This document shows positions 29,157 to 39,332 of a DNA stretch of 64,000 nucleotides, one piece after another. Location: contig CAZBVQ010000002.1 of assembly GCA_964495685.1 (NCBI GenBank), positions 38,790-102,789 of the forward strand, written 5' to 3'. This DNA comes from an uncultured Candidatus Saccharibacteria bacterium. GTDB lineage: Bacteria; Patescibacteriota; Minisyncoccia; Phycocordibacterales; PALSA-1337. Below the pieces are notes generated by a model, which was not told the origin of the DNA, ran no database searches, and saw nothing but the letters and a program-made list of their open reading frames with translations. The position numbers were made by a program, and so were the translations under genes. Numbering within the stretch: position 1 is the stretch's first letter; each line of letters starts with the position of its first letter.

Positions 29157-29351
29157 TCAATCACCTATATCCTTGGGTGTCTTATCGGCAAACGTCTGTT
29201 TCAGTCCGCACCACGGACAGAACCATTCATCACGAGCAGGTGCATCACCAATACTCCACCATTTCGAACACGAAGCACAGCGGAAATGTGAGAGTTTCTC
29301 TAGCGAGAATGTGCCTGATTCATTTGTAGCGCTCATGCGACGGATAGGCAT
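29157..29351 (-). CDS. small zinc-ribbon protein (CASC...CPWC)
   Basis: 64 aa ORF five nt downstream of ddl with a Cx2C-x16-Cx2C arrangement. No family assignment. Confidence 0.4.
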   Translation of the reverse strand: MPIRRMSATNESGTFSLEKLSHFRCASCSKWWSIGDAPARDEWFCPWCGLKQTFADKTPKDIGD

Positions 29352-29355
29352 AGCA

Positions 29356-30339
29356 TCAACGATAGTTACGAGCCCGGGAAATCAGATGATCGACCAATTC
29401 ATGCAAATCACTTCCGACCGCACGGAGCGCTTTGGGCACCAACGACTCCCCCGTCAAACCAGGAAGTGTATTGACTTCGAGCACATAAATCCCGCGTCGT
29501 GGGTGAATAATGAAATCAGAGCGTGAATACTGCTTGAGGCCGAGTGCACGATGGATGCGTGCCGACACATCCTCGAGTGCTGTTTTGATCGACTGAGGAA
29601 AAGTAGCAGGAACAATCTCCTCCGACTTGCCCTGATACTTCGCTTGGTAGTCAAAGAAACCACTATGAGGACGAATCTCGATCGGCGGTAACGCGTATAT
29701 TTCATGACCTCGAAATCCTTCGATTACCCCACACGTAGCCTCAATGCCAGGAATGAATTCTTCTACAAGAATGGTGTCTCCGTGTTCTGCGGCATTTGAT
29801 AAACCGGCAATCAGTTCGGGCAACGTACGTACGACAGAAACACCCACCGACGAGCCGCTCGAGGCTGGTTTGACTACGGCTGGGAAAACAAATGTTGTGA
29901 ATAATTCTTGCGCAACCGCATCTCCTTCATTCCTGATACGGTGAGAAGGAACCTCAGTCCAGTATGGACTCTTGATACCATGGCTCGCCAATGCCTTTTT
30001 GGTCAGAATTTTGTTCATACCCACCGCTGATGCCAATGAACCCGAACCAGTGAACGGCATACGATGCGCCTCGAGGAATGCCTGTATCTTGCCATCCTCT
30101 CCATATGCTCCATGGAGAGCGTTGAAAGCGACATCAATCTTCGATGCAATATCATGTGCTGGAAATGCCACACCGTCCAGATGCCAAACACCGTTCTTGT
30201 CTATGAGAATATCACGAGCTTCGTAGAGATGGTCGAGTCGTTTGCGGAGTGCATCGAGCACTGCTGCACCAGAATTGAGCGATACATCATATTCGTTACT
30301 TGGACCGCCACGAAGTACACCAATGCGAGGTTTGTGCAT
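29356..30339 (-). CDS. ddl: D-alanine--D-alanine ligase
   Basis: ATP-grasp ligase with the Ddl-typical N-terminus RIGVLRGGPSNEYDVSLNSG and a C-terminal EVNTLPGLT. Confidence 0.9.
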   Translation of the reverse strand: MHKPRIGVLRGGPSNEYDVSLNSGAAVLDALRKRLDHLYEARDILIDKNGVWHLDGVAFPAHDIASKIDVAFNALHGAYGEDGKIQAFLEAHRMPFTGSGSLASAVGMNKILTKKALASHGIKSPYWTEVPSHRIRNEGDAVAQELFTTFVFPAVVKPASSGSSVGVSVVRTLPELIAGLSNAAEHGDTILVEEFIPGIEATCGVIEGFRGHEIYALPPIEIRPHSGFFDYQAKYQGKSEEIVPATFPQSIKTALEDVSARIHRALGLKQYSRSDFIIHPRRGIYVLEVNTLPGLTGESLVPKALRAVGSDLHELVDHLISRARNYR

Positions 30340-30372
30340 GATGTATATTATAGTCTAAATCATATATACTCA

Positions 30373-30422
30373 CAAAAAAGGTGCTGGGAAGGAAATCCGG
30401 TAGGACTTCCCACTCCCAGCAC
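30373..30422 (-). terminator. minus-strand terminator: long hairpin GTGCTGGGA...TCCCAGCAC followed by a U-run
   Basis: Read on the minus strand between the uvrC stop and the ddl start. Confidence 0.5.
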
Positions 30423-30574
30423 TTGGAAAGGTCTTGGCGTGATGCAAGCGACCTAGGAGTACTCCTTGGTGTACTCCTTCAACGTTGTGATTTTTCCATC
30501 GCCCGACACAATCGCCTCCAAGAAAACACTCCCGAAGGATGGTCTGGCAATCCATTTTTCATTACTATACTACC

Positions 30575-31822
30575 TCACGTGAACTTCCTCCGCAAACGGT
30601 GGAACTTAATGGTAAACCGGTGCGCTTCTGCATTGAGTGCGACAATCTCCTTTTCGTATCGTGAAATAAGTTCTGGGTTTCCTATCAATCGGGCCGCTTT
30701 GTGCCGTTCATCTTTGGTGACAGCGATGACAGGTATCGAAACACGGCGGGCTTTGAGCACAGCCTCCGCATGTGCACGATGTGTCTCATTACCGTCGACA
30801 AGAATGAGATCTGGGTACGTCCATTCCGAGTGATTGAGGCGACGCGAAAGTATTTCTACCAGACCACCAATATCATCGTTACTCTGACGAGACATCTTGA
30901 ACGTACGGTACTGATTCGGTGCCAATTCCCCATTTTCAGAGACGACGAATGCTCCGACCACATTTGTACCCGAGAGATGCGCGACGTCATATGCCTCGAT
31001 GCGGAATGGTTCTTTTCGGATTTCGGATTTCGTATTTGTCTCGGATTTCGAATTTCGGATTTCGTTTTTAATTAAAGCAATATCATTGATATGATCCAGT
31101 GCGTAGATCAGCTTCTTCACTTGATCCGCCTCCTCGAATCTCATAGCCTTGGCAGCCGCATGCATCTCTTTCTCCAAACGTGCTTTGACCGTATCTTTCT
31201 TGCCTTCGAAGAAAAGAATCAAGTTATCAATCGTGTATTTGTATCGACGGCGTGCATTGGTATCATCCTCGCGAGGCGAACGACCAAGAGCGCGGTAGAA
31301 CGCATCATGTCGAGCGTCAAATGATTTCTTGTCCTTGAATGGGAACAATTTACGGAGAATTTTGAGAGCTTCTTTGATCAAACCTCCGTGTGGGTAGGGA
31401 CCAAAATAGCGTTTGATACGATAATCAATCGTCCCATCAGTCAGTGCACTATCAAAATCACGTGCACGTGCAAGGAATACACGCGGCCACACTTCGTCGG
31501 TAATAACAACATACTGTGAACTTTTATCATCACGCTCATCAACATTGTAATAGGGTTGATAGCGTTTGATTAGGGTGCTTTCAAGAATGATAGCTTCGAG
31601 TACCGAGTCAGTTTCCTGCCACCTGACCCCTGTAGCTTTGGTGATCATGTCGACAATACGTGGTCCACGCGTTTCGATAAGATCAGCCGCAAAGTAACTC
31701 CGTGTACGATCACGAAGTGACGTGGCGCGCCCAATATACAGTGGTCGACCTTTGGCATTGACGAAGGTGTATACACCCGGCTCGTCGGGCAACTTGACTT
31801 TGGCCAATTCTTGACTAGTCAT
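30575..31822 (-). CDS. uvrC: excinuclease ABC subunit C (short form without the C-terminal HhH region)
   Basis: GIY-YIG N-terminus (PGVYTFVNAKGRPLYIGRATSLRDR), a UVR-like motif (FEEADQVKKLIYAL), and an RNase H-like endonuclease region (EAYDVAHLSG). It contains an in-frame heptamer-repeat insertion. Start set at MTSQELAK (31822). Confidence 0.8.
   Translation of the reverse strand: MTSQELAKVKLPDEPGVYTFVNAKGRPLYIGRATSLRDRTRSYFAADLIETRGPRIVDMITKATGVRWQETDSVLEAIILESTLIKRYQPYYNVDERDDKSSQYVVITDEVWPRVFLARARDFDSALTDGTIDYRIKRYFGPYPHGGLIKEALKILRKLFPFKDKKSFDARHDAFYRALGRSPREDDTNARRRYKYTIDNLILFFEGKKDTVKARLEKEMHAAAKAMRFEEADQVKKLIYALDHINDIALIKNEIRNSKSETNTKSEIRKEPFRIEAYDVAHLSGTNVVGAFVVSENGELAPNQYRTFKMSRQSNDDIGGLVEILSRRLNHSEWTYPDLILVDGNETHRAHAEAVLKARRVSIPVIAVTKDERHKAARLIGNPELISRYEKEIVALNAEAHRFTIKFHRLRRKFT
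31014..31069. repeat. tandem heptamer array (CGGATTT and variants, about 7 units) inside the uvrC CDS
   Basis: Read directly. It contains the 16-mer TTCGAATTTCGGATTT, also found at 44901-44916 inside tktC. Translated in frame as a K/S/E/I/R/N-rich linker. Confidence 0.85.
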
Positions 31823-31851
31823 GAAATACAGAGTACAGTATTCCTTGAACT

Positions 31852-32340
31852 GTGGCAATCACGCCACAAAGAAGCCCCTTGTTACTTATGCCTCATACTA
31901 TTTCTGACCTCAGAGAAAGTGCGCGCTTTGACCCCGAAGGAGACACCTCCTTCTTTATCTTCTGCACCATCGTCAGGTTGGTGACCCTGGGATTTCTGTC
32001 CTGTATCACCGTGGGCGCCTGCTGGAACATTGTTACCCACTTCACGACGACGATGATAGTCATCGTGTCGAGTGTCGCTCTCATCCTACTCATTTATTTT
32101 TTGGGACCCGATGATGATGATTGGTCAAATCGGAGTATTGCAAGCGCACTACTCGTCGTACTGACACTCGCGAGCTTACTCGTCGTCTTGACGGTGTCGA
32201 GCATCTCGATCATCCTCCATTCCTGGAGTGCATTCGGTACATGGGTAGCGCTCACCGTAGCGTATCCGGCGTATTGCCGAATCATACGTCCAGTGATGCG
32301 GTTGTGCATAGATCTCCCCGAGGCACTAGCAGGACGATAA
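31852..32340 (+). CDS. hypothetical multi-TM membrane protein
   Basis: Hydrophobic stretches with a DDDD segment. Start uncertain (MPHTIS at 31888 possible). No family recognised. Confidence 0.35.
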   Translation: MAITPQRSPLLLMPHTISDLRESARFDPEGDTSFFIFCTIVRLVTLGFLSCITVGACWNIVTHFTTTMIVIVSSVALILLIYFLGPDDDDWSNRSIASALLVVLTLASLLVVLTVSSISIILHSWSAFGTWVALTVAYPAYCRIIRPVMRLCIDLPEALAGR

Positions 32341-32380
32341 TGAGATGTATGAAACTAAGTACCCTTGGATGATTCACTTG

Positions 32381-32408
32381 AGCCCAGCGGCAGCGCTGGG
32401 TTTTTTTA
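32381..32408 (+). terminator. Rho-independent terminator (CCCAGCG-GCAG-CGCTGGG followed by TTTTTTT)
   Basis: Sits between the convergent membrane-protein gene and uvrA. Confidence 0.6.
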
Positions 32409-32409
32409 T

Positions 32410-35187
32410 TTATTTCTTGAGAACCTTCTTCAAATATTTACCCGTATAACTCTTGTCGCTTTGCGCCACATCTTCCGGAGTTCCCTTTGCCACAATCTTG
32501 CCACCACGTTCTCCACCTTCAGGACCAATATCTATGACATAGTCAGCATTTTTGACCAAATCGAGGTTGTGCTCGATGACCACCACCGTATTTCCTTTGT
32601 CTACCAATTTTTGCAAAATATCGATCAATTTCTTCACGTCTTCGTAATGCAATCCGACTGTCGGCTCATCTAGCAAGTAAATAGTCTTCTGGAGATGGGC
32701 ACGATACAGCTCAGATGAAATTTTGACGCGCTGCGCTTCACCACCTGACAATGTAGTAGCTGATTGTCCCAACTTCACATAGCCGAGTCCCACATCCATC
32801 AAGCTTTGCAAACGATCTTCAACCGCAGGAATATCTTTGAAAAATTCGAGAGCCTCTTCGATGGTCAATTCGAGTACTTCATGAATATTTTTCTTGCGAT
32901 ACTTAATCTCAAGTGTCTCTTTGGTGAATCGCTTACCGTTACAGACATCACAGGTCACATAGACTGTCGGCAAGAAGTGCATTTCTACAGCGATCTCACC
33001 GTTACCTTCACAGGCTTCACAGCGACCACCAGGACGATTGAATGAGAAACGCCCCGCTCCCCAACCACGCGCACGCGCTTCAGCTTCTGATGCAAACAAA
33101 TCACGAATATGTGTCCATGATCCGGTGTAGGTTGCTGGATTTGAACGTGGTGTGCGGCCGATCGGACTTTGGTCTATAAGAATGACGCGACCAGCATATT
33201 CGGTGCCTTTAAATTCTTTGCAGTTGATCGGCTCATCTGTACGTTTACGCATCTCATAACGTGAAGAAAGATTGCGGTGGAGGATCTCGTACATAAAAGA
33301 AGACTTGCCAGAACCAGAAACTCCGGTGATGACATTCAAGCAACCCAGTGGCACGTCCACATTCATGTCCTTGATATTGAATGCATGACCGTTGCGGATC
33401 ATAATCTTTCCTTTTGGCTCACGGCGTGTAGCAGGCACTTCTATCTTCTCTTCGCCACGCAAGTACGCCAGAGTCAGTGAGCCAGATGCGTTCTTCTTGG
33501 CAGTCAGGAGATCATCGAGATAACCAGAAACAACAACTTTGCCACCATGCACACCAGCACCAGGACCGATGTCTACTATATAGTCAGAGGCGAACATGGT
33601 ATCTTCATCGTGCTCAACGACCAAGATGGTATTACCGAGGTCACGCAAATGAAGGAGTGTCTTGATGAGACGATCGTTGTCACGCTGATGAAGACCGATA
33701 GTCGGTTCATCCAATACGTACAGCGCTCCGACAAGACCTGAGCCAAGCTGTGAGGCCAGACGAATACGCTGAGCCTCTCCTCCAGAAAGTGTGTTGGCGC
33801 GACGATCGAGCGTCAGATATTCGATACCGACATTGACCATGAATGAAAGGCGGGCCTGAATTTCCTTGAGGACCACCTTGGAGATTTCTTTTTCCGCATC
33901 TGTGAGTTTGATGTGCTTGAAATATTCAATAGCATGCTCAATAGACATCGAAGTGGTATCAACGATGTTTTTGTCACCAATTTTGACATGAAGAGCTTCT
34001 TCACGCAGTCGAACTCCATTACATGCCTTACAAATCTCTTCTGCAAACAATCCTTCTGTACCCAATCCGTTACATACTGAACATGCGCCATACGGTGAAT
34101 TGAAGGAGAACAGACGAGGTTCGATTTCTGGATATGAAAAACCATCGTAGGGACACATGAATTTGACTGACATCAAAGTTTCATCTGGTCCAGCAGCCGA
34201 GAGATCCTCGTCGGGAACCGGCGTCGGACTCTGCTGAGTCCGCGCCTGCTTCTCGGCCGTCTTCACGGCCTCCGAAGGCTTCCCGCCGACGACTCTCGGC
34301 TGCTGTCCCCACGGATACTCTATTCGAATCAGTCCTTCAGCTTCATGGACAGCTCGCTCTATAGCTTCGGAGAGACGTTCACGAGCATTACCAGACTGTT
34401 TGGCATCTTTGAACTCACTGACGAATATCTCATCGACCAGCACATCGATGTCATGCTTTTTGTTCTTCTCGAGAATAATCTGGTCACGAAGACGCTGGAT
34501 CTTGCCGTCAATACGTACGCGATCATATCCTTTGCCGAGCATGTCGTAGAGCATCTGGTAGTACTCACCTTTACGACCAACGACGACTGGAGCATAGATA
34601 CGAATTTTGGCATCACTAATGCTGACACCATAGACTTTCTTGGCCTGCGTAGCACGAGTGGTGACAGTCTCCATTATGGTATTGAGAATCTCTTCTTGCG
34701 AAATGCGATGAATGATACGGCCACAGGTCAAACAATGAGGTTTACCGACACGCGCAAAGAGGATACGAAGGTAATCATAAATCTCCGTGATTGTGGCGAC
34801 TGTTGAACGTGGATTGTTCGAACGAGACTTTTGATCAATGGAAATAGCCGGAGAAAGTCCTGAAATCTCATCGACGTCAGGCTTCTGCATTTTATGAAGA
34901 AACTGTCGCGCATATGCTGAAAGTGACTCGACGTAGCGACGCTGTCCTTCGGCAAAAATAGTATCAAACGCGAGCGATGATTTGCCCGAACCAGAGAGAC
35001 CTGTCACGGCAATCATGGTGTTGCGTGGCATCTCGACCGTAATATTTTTGAGGTTATGCGTGCGCGCACCTTTAACGACGATTTTTTCTTCGCCAATGAC
35101 TGGCCTGCCTTCCGAAGCCTTGCGTCGCTCGTCCGAAACGTGTCGCGAAGGAGAGACGGAGGAGGCATGTTTGCGTGCTGCGGTCAT
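32410..35187 (-). CDS. uvrA: excinuclease ABC subunit A
   Basis: 925 aa with two ABC ATPase modules ([10 protein letters not shown] and [10 protein letters not shown]), zinc-finger cysteine clusters and two LSGGEAQR signatures. Confidence 0.95.
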   Translation of the reverse strand: MTAARKHASSVSPSRHVSDERRKASEGRPVIGEEKIVVKGARTHNLKNITVEMPRNTMIAVTGLSGSGKSSLAFDTIFAEGQRRYVESLSAYARQFLHKMQKPDVDEISGLSPAISIDQKSRSNNPRSTVATITEIYDYLRILFARVGKPHCLTCGRIIHRISQEEILNTIMETVTTRATQAKKVYGVSISDAKIRIYAPVVVGRKGEYYQMLYDMLGKGYDRVRIDGKIQRLRDQIILEKNKKHDIDVLVDEIFVSEFKDAKQSGNARERLSEAIERAVHEAEGLIRIEYPWGQQPRVVGGKPSEAVKTAEKQARTQQSPTPVPDEDLSAAGPDETLMSVKFMCPYDGFSYPEIEPRLFSFNSPYGACSVCNGLGTEGLFAEEICKACNGVRLREEALHVKIGDKNIVDTTSMSIEHAIEYFKHIKLTDAEKEISKVVLKEIQARLSFMVNVGIEYLTLDRRANTLSGGEAQRIRLASQLGSGLVGALYVLDEPTIGLHQRDNDRLIKTLLHLRDLGNTILVVEHDEDTMFASDYIVDIGPGAGVHGGKVVVSGYLDDLLTAKKNASGSLTLAYLRGEEKIEVPATRREPKGKIMIRNGHAFNIKDMNVDVPLGCLNVITGVSGSGKSSFMYEILHRNLSSRYEMRKRTDEPINCKEFKGTEYAGRVILIDQSPIGRTPRSNPATYTGSWTHIRDLFASEAEARARGWGAGRFSFNRPGGRCEACEGNGEIAVEMHFLPTVYVTCDVCNGKRFTKETLEIKYRKKNIHEVLELTIEEALEFFKDIPAVEDRLQSLMDVGLGYVKLGQSATTLSGGEAQRVKISSELYRAHLQKTIYLLDEPTVGLHYEDVKKLIDILQKLVDKGNTVVVIEHNLDLVKNADYVIDIGPEGGERGGKIVAKGTPEDVAQSDKSYTGKYLKKVLKK

Positions 35188-35247
35188 AATGGGCGGAGAA
35201 TATCACGAAAACCGCAAAAAATCAACCGGAGTATCCCTACCCTCGTT

Positions 35248-35262
35248 CTAGGCCGGGCCTAG
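35248..35262. repeat. copy of CTAGGCCGGGCCTAG between the uvrA start and the response-regulator stop
   Basis: Identical 15-mer with the TTCTAGG...CTAGAATCC flank. Confidence 0.9.
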
Positions 35263-35269
35263 AATCCTC

Positions 35270-36052
35270 CTATCGAGTCAATCCCCTGACCTCTTCGACG
35301 ATCTGATCGAGTGAAGCGGCCGCTTTGACCAAGAATTTCTGTGCTCCAAGCACCTTGGCACGCTCGATATCGCTCTGTTTGTTGAGGTTGGAAAGTATCA
35401 TGGCTGGAACAGTCTTGAGACGAGGGTCCATCTTGGCCTTCTGGAGAATATCGAAACCACTCATTCCTGGCATCAAAAGATCCAAGATTATAGCATCGGG
35501 TACATGATCGGTGAGATACTGCAGTGCTTCTTGACCATTCTTGGCATGAAAGAGATCGAAGCCGGAAGCGATGAGCTTCTTGGAGAGAATACTACCGATG
35601 AGTTTGTCGTCTTCAACCCAGAGGATCTTCTTCTTTGATCCAGCATCATCGACACTATCAGACGAAGTATATCCGAAAAGTGTATTGACTCGTTTGATGA
35701 TTTCACGGCTATCAGCGTGCATATCCAGAATGAATTCTCGGACTGCACCTTGTGGTACACGAGCCATATTGATAGGTACACCTTGAGTCGAGAGCAGGAA
35801 TACAGGGATTTTAGCGAGGAGAGCTTCGGATTGTTTCTTGGCGAGAATCTGGTATCCATCCATGCCCGGCAACACAATGTCCACCAGGATGAGGTGCGGC
35901 AATGTATCGTAAATACTTTTCATGCCAGCAGTACCGTCAGTGGCAAGTGACGCACTGTAACCTTCTTTCTTGAGAGCTTCGACGACACGACCTCCGAAGA
36001 CGGCTTCGCCTTCGATAACAAGAATCTTCTCTTTCTTGGGAGTAGTTGCCAT
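35270..36052 (-). CDS. response regulator with two tandem receiver (REC) domains and no output domain
   Basis: Two CheY-like units (KILVIEGEAV...LILVDIVLPGMDG and KILWVEDDKL...AIILDLLMPGMSG). Confidence 0.75.
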   Translation of the reverse strand: MATTPKKEKILVIEGEAVFGGRVVEALKKEGYSASLATDGTAGMKSIYDTLPHLILVDIVLPGMDGYQILAKKQSEALLAKIPVFLLSTQGVPINMARVPQGAVREFILDMHADSREIIKRVNTLFGYTSSDSVDDAGSKKKILWVEDDKLIGSILSKKLIASGFDLFHAKNGQEALQYLTDHVPDAIILDLLMPGMSGFDILQKAKMDPRLKTVPAMILSNLNKQSDIERAKVLGAQKFLVKAAASLDQIVEEVRGLTR

Positions 36053-36095
36053 GTATATAGTCTATCACATATGCTAGACTCACCTATACACATCC

Positions 36096-36177
36096 GCCGG
36101 GGTGGTGAAATTGGTAGACACGCATGCCTTAGGAGCATGTAGAGCAATCTGTGGAGGTTCGAGTCCTCTCCCCGGCA
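36096..36177 (+). tRNA. tRNA-Leu (anticodon UAG), type II with a long variable arm
   Basis: Acceptor GCCGGGG / CCCCGGC. 3-bp D stem. Anticodon arm CAUGC-CUUAGGA-GCAUG. T arm GGAGG-UUCGAGU-CCUCU. Confidence 0.8.
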
Positions 36178-36308
36178 CATGAGCGAAGCGAATGGCAAGA
36201 GCAAGACACCTGCGTGTCTTGCGGGAGAAGGACTCGAAAAGGCTGAGTATATTTCTGAGGAGCTTTGCTCCGAAGAAATACGAAGCCTGTACTGCGCCTG
36301 TAAGGCGA

Positions 36309-36327
36309 GAGTCCTCTCCCCGGCACA
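36309..36327 (+). repeat. 19-bp perfect direct repeat of the tRNA-Leu 3' end (GAGTCCTCTCCCCGGCACA), 129 bp downstream of the tRNA
   Basis: Identical to 36161-36179. The region between contains no tRNA 5' half. Confidence 0.85.
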
Positions 36328-36331
36328 AACA

Positions 36332-37087
36332 CTACTTCCTCGAATCCCCCTTTATGGTGGCAATCGCCTCCTGCACCGTCGTCATGAATTGTGCAGGGAA
36401 AATAATAGTTGAGTTCTTCTCAGTAGCAATCTCCGCCATGGTCTGAAGTGTGCGTAGCTGGAGAGCGACTGGATGTTGAGCGATAAGATCAGCTGCTTCA
36501 CCGAGCTTCCGTGCAGCCTGGAATTCACCTTCTGCCGCCACGATCTTGGCACGACGTTCACGTTCTGCTTCTGCTTCCTTGGCCATAGCGCGCTGCATGT
36601 TGTCAGGAAGAACAATGTCTTTGATTTCGACAGCAGTCACTTGTGCGCCCCACGGTTCGGTATGAGCATCGATGACATCTTTGATCTGTACATTGATATC
36701 TGCAGTCTGTGACAAAAGCTGATCAAGTGAAAATCGTCCAACAATGTTACGCACCGTTGTCTGACTGATCTGATTGACCGCATCATAAACATTCTCGATG
36801 GCCACCACTGACTTTTGCGGATCTACGATATGGTAATACGCGACGGCAGCAATATCGATAGAGACGTTGTCCTTCGTAATGATTTTCTGCGAAGGAATAT
36901 TCATAGTGATCGTACGCAAAGTGACCTTGGTCATACGCTCGAATATCGGCACCAGAATAATGAGTCCTGGACCACGCACGCCCGTACACTTGCCGAGGAA
37001 GAAGATAACGCCGCGATCATACTCCTTTACTACTTTGAGTGATAATGCAAGGAGAATGATGACGACTACAATGATGGTATATAGCAT
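36332..37087 (-). CDS. SPFH/band-7 (stomatin/HflC-like) membrane protein
   Basis: N-terminal TM segment, SPFH core, and a coiled-coil tail ([22 protein letters not shown]). Confidence 0.85.
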   Translation of the reverse strand: MLYTIIVVVIILLALSLKVVKEYDRGVIFFLGKCTGVRGPGLIILVPIFERMTKVTLRTITMNIPSQKIITKDNVSIDIAAVAYYHIVDPQKSVVAIENVYDAVNQISQTTVRNIVGRFSLDQLLSQTADINVQIKDVIDAHTEPWGAQVTAVEIKDIVLPDNMQRAMAKEAEAERERRAKIVAAEGEFQAARKLGEAADLIAQHPVALQLRTLQTMAEIATEKNSTIIFPAQFMTTVQEAIATIKGDSRK

Positions 37088-37108
37088 AAATAGAGTATAG
37101 CGCGTTTT

Positions 37109-37639
37109 TTATTTTCCGCCAGACTCGAAATCTTGTGTCATTTTGAAAGTCACTTTCCCTCTCAATTTGCCACCCAAGCCTTTGGACTCTATGGATGACA
37201 TAGCTGCATAAAGATCCAGTAATGCCTCGGGCGACTTGTCGAGTTTGTATCTATTAAGTGTATAGCCATTTTTGAGATACTCTCGCAATACACCAGTAGC
37301 CCAGATGCGGAACTGGGTAGCCTTCTTTGAATTGACGCGGTAGCCGACGGCGATGATAGCATCGAGGTTGTAGCATTCAATTTGGCGTTTTACGGTTCTA
37401 CCACCCTCTTTTTGAACTTGTTCCAAAATGGAACAAGTTGAATTTTTTATTAATTCACCTTCTCCATATATATTCTGAAGATGCTTAGTTATAGCTTGTG
37501 AGTTTACATCAAATAATTCTGCTATCTGTCCCTGCGTCGCCCAAATCGTATCCTTCTCCACATCAGCTCGTAATTCTATATTCCCATCCTTACCTTCATA
37601 GATAATAATGTTATTCTTTGTGATCGTCTTTGTATTCAT
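37109..37639 (-). CDS. RhuM-family protein, N-terminal portion only (possibly a truncated remnant)
   Basis: ATQFRIWATGVLREYLKNGY is the RhuM-family signature. The ORF is about half the length of typical family members. Confidence 0.55.
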   Translation of the reverse strand: MNTKTITKNNIIIYEGKDGNIELRADVEKDTIWATQGQIAELFDVNSQAITKHLQNIYGEGELIKNSTCSILEQVQKEGGRTVKRQIECYNLDAIIAVGYRVNSKKATQFRIWATGVLREYLKNGYTLNRYKLDKSPEALLDLYAAMSSIESKGLGGKLRGKVTFKMTQDFESGGK

Positions 37640-37873
37640 AGTACTTTAAATTAACTAATAAAAAAACCTGATGACGTATGTATCATCAAGTATTTGTGTG
37701 TATTGAGGAGGAATTTCAGGTGGGAGAGCCGTTAAAAAGTTAGTTGATTAATGCATGAATTATATCACGGCTTTCGAAAAATTCCGGCTAGTTCAAATTT
37801 ACTGTTATTTCTAGTCACTCCCCAAAGCGACATACACCGGCGGAATCACTGATGGGCTTTGGGTGGTCTAAAC

Positions 37874-37898
37874 AAAAATCGGCCCGAGGCCGATTTTT
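37874..37898. terminator. perfect bidirectional terminator hairpin AAAAATCGGCC-CGA-GGCCGATTTTT
   Basis: 11-bp perfect stem with symmetric A and T runs between two minus-strand genes. Confidence 0.65.
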
Positions 37899-38090
37899 GT
37901 AATTTACCTTCTACTCTTCTTTGAAGTTTTTTTCTTTTTAGAAGATCCTTTCTTTTTCGTAGCCTTTTTCTTTTTTGCCATATATGTGGAGAAAATGTTA
38001 TTAAGGTCGACAGCCTTTAATTGATATGTAAATTATTGTATCACACATCCATTGAAAACAATCTTACTTTTTAAAATAAAATTTAATTTA

Positions 38091-38729
38091 TTATTTTTTT
38101 AACGCACTAAATTTATACTCCCACCCCGGCTGCCACTTGAACTTCGTGATCACCAACGTCTCTAGCGGCACCCCATTCACCACATGCTCAATACCATACT
38201 GCGTCGCACGATGACCGATCACCATGACACGCTTGCCTTGATAGTTCTTGATCAAATCCTCCAAGAATGACCTCATGCGCGCCGTCGTCTGCGTGTAGCT
38301 CTCACCGTTTGGAAATGGTGTCTCGATGCGCTTCGGCTTCTCCACATCCACCTGCTCGCTTGGCGCCTGCGTCAGATCGCCATAGTTACATTCACGAAGC
38401 CGGGCGTCCTGAATAATCGGCCATTTGGAACCAAAACCAATCTCGGCACTCTTGTATGCCCGCTGTAGATCCGAGCAGAAAATAGCGTCGAAGTGGTCTT
38501 CCTTGTAACGTTCTCCCATTTCCTTGGATTGCTGAATACCGAGAGGCGACAAGGCTACGTCATTGTGGCCAGATGACAAATGGGCTTCGTTATCAAATGT
38601 GGTGCCGTGAGCTTCGAAGATGAGGGTGAGTATGGGTGTAGGATAGTGTGATTTGAGGCTTATTTCTAGGCCTGTTTTTTGATATTGACAATATACTATA
38701 TTATATGTTAACATGTTATTGGCGGTCAA
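38091..38729 (-). CDS. histidine phosphatase (phosphoglycerate-mutase-like) family protein
   Basis: HGTT...SPLG...GHRATQ pattern, with the catalytic RHG replaced by AHG. It has an unusual 30-aa N-terminal extension that contains a half-copy (TCTAGGCCTG, 38655-38664) of the palindromic repeat. Confidence 0.6.
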   Translation of the reverse strand: MTANNMLTYNIVYCQYQKTGLEISLKSHYPTPILTLIFEAHGTTFDNEAHLSSGHNDVALSPLGIQQSKEMGERYKEDHFDAIFCSDLQRAYKSAEIGFGSKWPIIQDARLRECNYGDLTQAPSEQVDVEKPKRIETPFPNGESYTQTTARMRSFLEDLIKNYQGKRVMVIGHRATQYGIEHVVNGVPLETLVITKFKWQPGWEYKFSALKK

Positions 38730-38752
38730 ACATTCAAAACTGGAACGAAACT

Positions 38753-39250
38753 ATGAAAAGATTGAAAATCCTTGTGTTCGATGACAACGAAAATCATCGT
38801 AAAGCTGCCGGTGCGCAGCTCGGAAAGAAGCACGACTTGGAGGTTGTCGGGACCTACCGTGAAGCGGAGAAAGCCCTCGAGAATTTCGACGGCAAAACCA
38901 AGCTCTTCGACGCCGTTCTCACTGACTTACTCGTCCCCCCATCGGACCGGTCACAAACCACTCCAACACATGCTGGACAGGAAATGCCGATCGGGGTCTT
39001 CATCGGCCTCGCCGCGGCGGTCAACGCTGGTGCGAAACATGTCGTTGTTTTTACTGACATGAATCACCATAATCACCCGGCCTCGGCGTGCCTCGACCCG
39101 TTCGGGCGCACCCCATTCATGGTGAACGGCTGCAAGGTGGTCTTCAGCAATTCGCCAAATTGGATGTGCGAGCACAAAGGCCAGACAGTCAAAAACTGGG
39201 CCCACGCGCTTGAGTACATCCTCAAGACCCCGGCAAAAACTGGATCGTGA
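38753..39250 (+). CDS. receiver (CheY-like) domain protein, atypical
   Basis: KILVFDDNENHRKAAGAQL...FDAVLTDLLVPP resembles an REC fold. No output domain. Confidence 0.4.
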   Translation: MKRLKILVFDDNENHRKAAGAQLGKKHDLEVVGTYREAEKALENFDGKTKLFDAVLTDLLVPPSDRSQTTPTHAGQEMPIGVFIGLAAAVNAGAKHVVVFTDMNHHNHPASACLDPFGRTPFMVNGCKVVFSNSPNWMCEHKGQTVKNWAHALEYILKTPAKTGS

Positions 39251-39332
39251 CACAACGTCACACGAGCCGAAAGTGCTCATCACAAAACTTTTCACCCCGC
39301 CTGGCGCACTGCCGAGCGGGGTTTTTACTTAC

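Noticed and set aside
28953-29329. Two plus-strand ORFs (112 and 96 aa) across 29040-29115
   Set aside because: They overlap tRNA-Ala(UGC) and its terminator. The translations are low-complexity.
31014-31069. CRISPR array or intein/intron explanation for the heptamer repeats in uvrC and the insertion in tktC
   Set aside because: The units are only 7 nt with no spacers, so not CRISPR. The host reading frames run through uninterrupted and the inserts are far too short for inteins or group I/II introns.
37907-37981. 25-codon lysine-rich minus-strand ORF (MAKKKKATKKKGSSKKKKTSKKSRR)
   Set aside because: No RBS, below any sensible size cutoff, and it runs into a perfect terminator hairpin. It is probably an AT-rich intergenic artefact.
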